Assembly: GCF_964204645.1 (NCBI RefSeq)
Contig: NC_134025.1
Location: 25,400,299-25,464,298 of the forward strand
Direction: 5' to 3'
DNA: 64,000 nt
Source of the DNA: Tubulanus polymorphus
Taxonomy: Eukaryota; Animalia; Nemertea
Shown: in pieces, positions 60,791 to 64,000 of the stretch
Layout of the letters: every line of letters begins with the position of its first letter
Position numbering within the stretch: position 1 is the first letter of the stretch
The notes under the pieces: generated by a model
Told to the model about the DNA's origin: nothing
Databases searched by the model: none
Seen by the model: the letters and a program-made list of their open reading frames with translations, nothing else
Made by a program: the position numbers and the translations under genes

Positions 60791-63330
60791 CTACTTTATG
60801 TGATTAAGAGGGATGAATTTATTATGTAATGCATCTTCGTTCATCAAAGTAATTATTGCATCTGCTAGTACTTCATAATCCTCTATAACGTTATACACGT
60901 GAGCTGATATTCGTACGTAGATTTCCCCATTGATAACTTTAAACGGAACCTGCAAAATTGAAAATATTATCAGAACCAATAAACAACATTGAATGTATTT
61001 CATCGCACATGTAGCATATCAACTAGTTCTACATACTTCAATTTGGAATCTATAATGAAGTTGATCTCCTATATATTCAGCGTGTTCATATGAAACCTCT
61101 TTGATATTCTCATAGATCTTGCGAGGAATCTGCACATTCACCATCGTACCTATTGAAATGGAATATAAATGGATTCATTGCCAAGCTTGTAGCAATCATA
61201 CTCCTCTGTAGCATCCGCCTGTAGTAGTATCGGTCCATTCTGTCATCCGTTCAAACCGGTAGGATAATAAAAAGATTTTCTTTCCCTACTTTTTTCCAAT
61301 GTAAAAAAATTCGAACATCTATATCAGTATTTATCTATAGCGGTCAGATTTTCCTGGTCCCGGCGCTACTACCATCATTGGCTGAGTCTACCGTATTACA
61401 TGAGTTTTAACAGGTATTATTATTTTTCCTTACCAAACATTTCCTCCGGAGCGATGAGCTGCGTTCGCCAGTTTTTAACAAGCAGACGCGCTGAAACGAA
61501 AAAAAAACGAATGTACGTTTATATCGTTCAGTTGACTATGAAGACAACAAGAACAACCGATTTGAATTACCTGCTTCAATAGCTAGCGAATGATTATGCG
61601 TCATCACTTTGTTGAGACCAATTGCTTCCCAGAAGTCGATCACAGTTTGCAGAGACAGAAAAGGGGACACATCCTTCAGACCTGTAACATATACACATAA
61701 ATAAACAGACATACACGTAGTTGACTACAATTCATTATCTAATTCCTCATGGTTCATGAATAAACATGCACAGTAGAATATCTGCAATACGTTACCGGAT
61801 TTTTTCACATTGAAAAACAGTAACAGTAGGGATATAAAAACTCTAATTATTCCACTAGTTTCCACGGATTACTGTATACCACGCGATATCACTACAGGCA
61901 GTAGTCTCCTATATTTCTTACCAGCCCAAATGAAATCAGAGGTGAAACCTGATCCATATCCAGCGGATGTTACCAGAGCGTGCGTGGAATTCTGATGTTC
62001 CTTCGCTACGTACAGAAAAGCACAGCCTTTGCTCGAGCAAAACCATTTGTGACAGTTCGAAATATAGTAATCAGGGTTCAATTCGTGTAAATTTAAAGGG
62101 AGTGTACCCAAAGCATGGGCTCCATCTATCAGAACACGCACACCTCTGAATACAAAAATACACAAGAATATTATGTGCCGTTTTTTCCCAGTAATTTACT
62201 GATAACCATTCATCATGAACTTTGAAAATAATACCTTTGACGACAGATATGTATCAAATCTTTAATGGGCAGGATGACAGGAATGTTACTTGGAATATGA
62301 TTGAATACGGCAATTTTAGTTCCAGGTTTCAGAGTTCTCTCCACAAGATCTACTATCTGAAAAGCAATTTTTAAGCAACACTAAGTTACAAACGAAGACA
62401 ATTTCCATAGTCTGCATGTATATACCATAGCTCTTTAGTTTTTACCTCTTGTTGGCTCTCAATAGGAAAATCAATTCTTTCAACTTGGATTCGTGCGCCA
62501 GTTTTTGAACATATATACTTTAGCATCTTCTTAACTCCACCTATCAAAAAGATGATATTCAGTAATTTTTTGGGGATGTAATATCACCAATGGGGTAATA
62601 TTACCAGGACATGTAATTACCGTAAGCGATGTTTAGATGATAGATCGTATCCTCAGATGTGAAATCAAGATCTTTTATGACGGCGTTCATTCCAGTACTT
62701 GCATTGGGCACCAAAACAATATCACTCGCGTCACAGCCTTGAAATCAATAAGTTCATCAAACTAAATCGAATGCGTAAACTGCACAATACACATAAGGAA
62801 TGAAATAATTTACCTATTAATTTCGACAGTTTTCTCGTAGTATGTACTACGAGGGGTAGAACCATTCTATCGATGAACCTCAGTGGTTGTCGTTCTGCAT
62901 AGATTTGCCAGGCCTTTAAAAAAACCGTTAGTAGAATGATAAGTATATTCAAATATCCAAGTTTATCAAGGTTACAGAAAAATTCTCACCTGAGCATCTT
63001 CAACTGCAGGTTTTAGAGCAGCTCCAAAAGCACCGTGATTTACAAAACAAAATTCTGGCTCCAAATAGAAACATCTCATTTTGATTTCTTTACCAAAAGA
63101 TAAGTTTGCAGCATAGGCAACATCTTTCACCGGGATAGGTCTGAATGGGGGTTCATATTCATCCTAAAAACGATTCAAAATTTTATGAAAATTCTGAAAT
63201 TGATGTTTGCAAATATAAGGTCAAAATGCAATTAAATGCTTACCTCGGATAAATGTATCAGTTCTTCAACATTGGAAGAATGAAATGATCCGAAATCTCG
63301 TTTTTCCTTTAACTTGATTATTTGATCCAT
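60791..63330 (-). CDS. PLP-dependent class-V C-S lyase (Egt2/LCD/CefD-like), copy B
   Basis: Same exon structure as copy A. Starts MDQIIKLKEKRDFGSFHSSNVEEL; motifs NHGAFG, ERQPLRFIDR, FNHIPSN, IDGAHALG, SNCHKWF and VRISAHVYN; ORF appears intact. Confidence 0.85.
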
Positions 63331-64000
63331 TTCACATTAGCCTATTGTGGTGGTTCCTATTGTAATTCAAAGATAAAAAAACTATTTGAATAAACTATAC
63401 TAAATTTGAATAAACATGAAATTGCAGACCAGATCAGTCAACCAGCTACCACCCCCAACAATGCCAGATTTTTTTGTTGTGTTGGAACTAGTTTAAATTA
63501 TCTTCTGATATACCGCCAAAATCATACATTGCCAATGTGGGTGGTATTTTGGGGTTTGACTGTACATATATGAATAGTAAGTAGAATAAAATATATGAAT
63601 AGTTAGGGGAGAAAAAGATAGTGCTTGCATGCATGGACTTCAGATGTTTGGTGTGGAAAATTTTGAAGACAAGACACGGAGTGCAAGGGGTCTAAGAATA
63701 TTGAGAAGGGATAAATACTTTAAATGAAACTTACCAATTGAATTATCTTATGCAACAACTCTGAAATAATATTTTCCCGATTACCACATGCACAGAGCCG
63801 ATTACATCGTTATCAATTAAATATTGGAACAATTAAATATTGGAACTTCTAACTTCAGAGATCATATAGATATCCCTAAGAATTCATAAGCCAGAAAATT
63901 CATAACATTTTCTCATGTTTCAAAGACTTTGGTCTGTTACACAGTAGACTCCGATTGGGTATTAAGTATATCGTAGTGTCCCAAAAATTTCAACAAACAT

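Noticed and set aside
63815-63846. Tandem 16-bp duplication aattaaatattggaac
   Set aside because: Two copies only with no spacers; ordinary slippage, not a CRISPR-like array.

Overview
AT-rich, intron-dense genomic DNA of an invertebrate animal (short GT-AG introns of mostly 60-150 bp; lineage not determinable from the window). Left to right: 5' part of a RasGRP-like Ras-GEF gene (-, continues beyond position 1), ARHGAP11A (+), AP2S1 (-), ASPP/PPP1R13-family gene (+), canonical Akt/PKB (-), PNPT1 (+), MRPL49 (-), ZFYVE19/ANCHR (+), a PLP-dependent class-V C-S lyase of the Egt2/L-cysteine desulfhydrase/CefD type (-), a second diverged Akt (-), and a second copy of the lyase (-). The first eight genes form four consecutive head-to-head pairs. 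The right end looks like a tandem segmental duplication in which Akt and the lyase survived while PNPT1, MRPL49 and ZFYVE19 were lost. The main finding is the second Akt. It has an intact spliced ORF and intact PIP3-binding residues, but has lost the activation-loop Thr, two of its phosphate-binding partners, the alphaC Glu, the PH-domain Trp80 equivalent and the hydrophobic-motif tail. The two lyase copies share a perfectly identical 206-bp tract over the PLP-lysine exon. Exon structures were inferred by hand from splice signals and recalled homology; no database searches were run.
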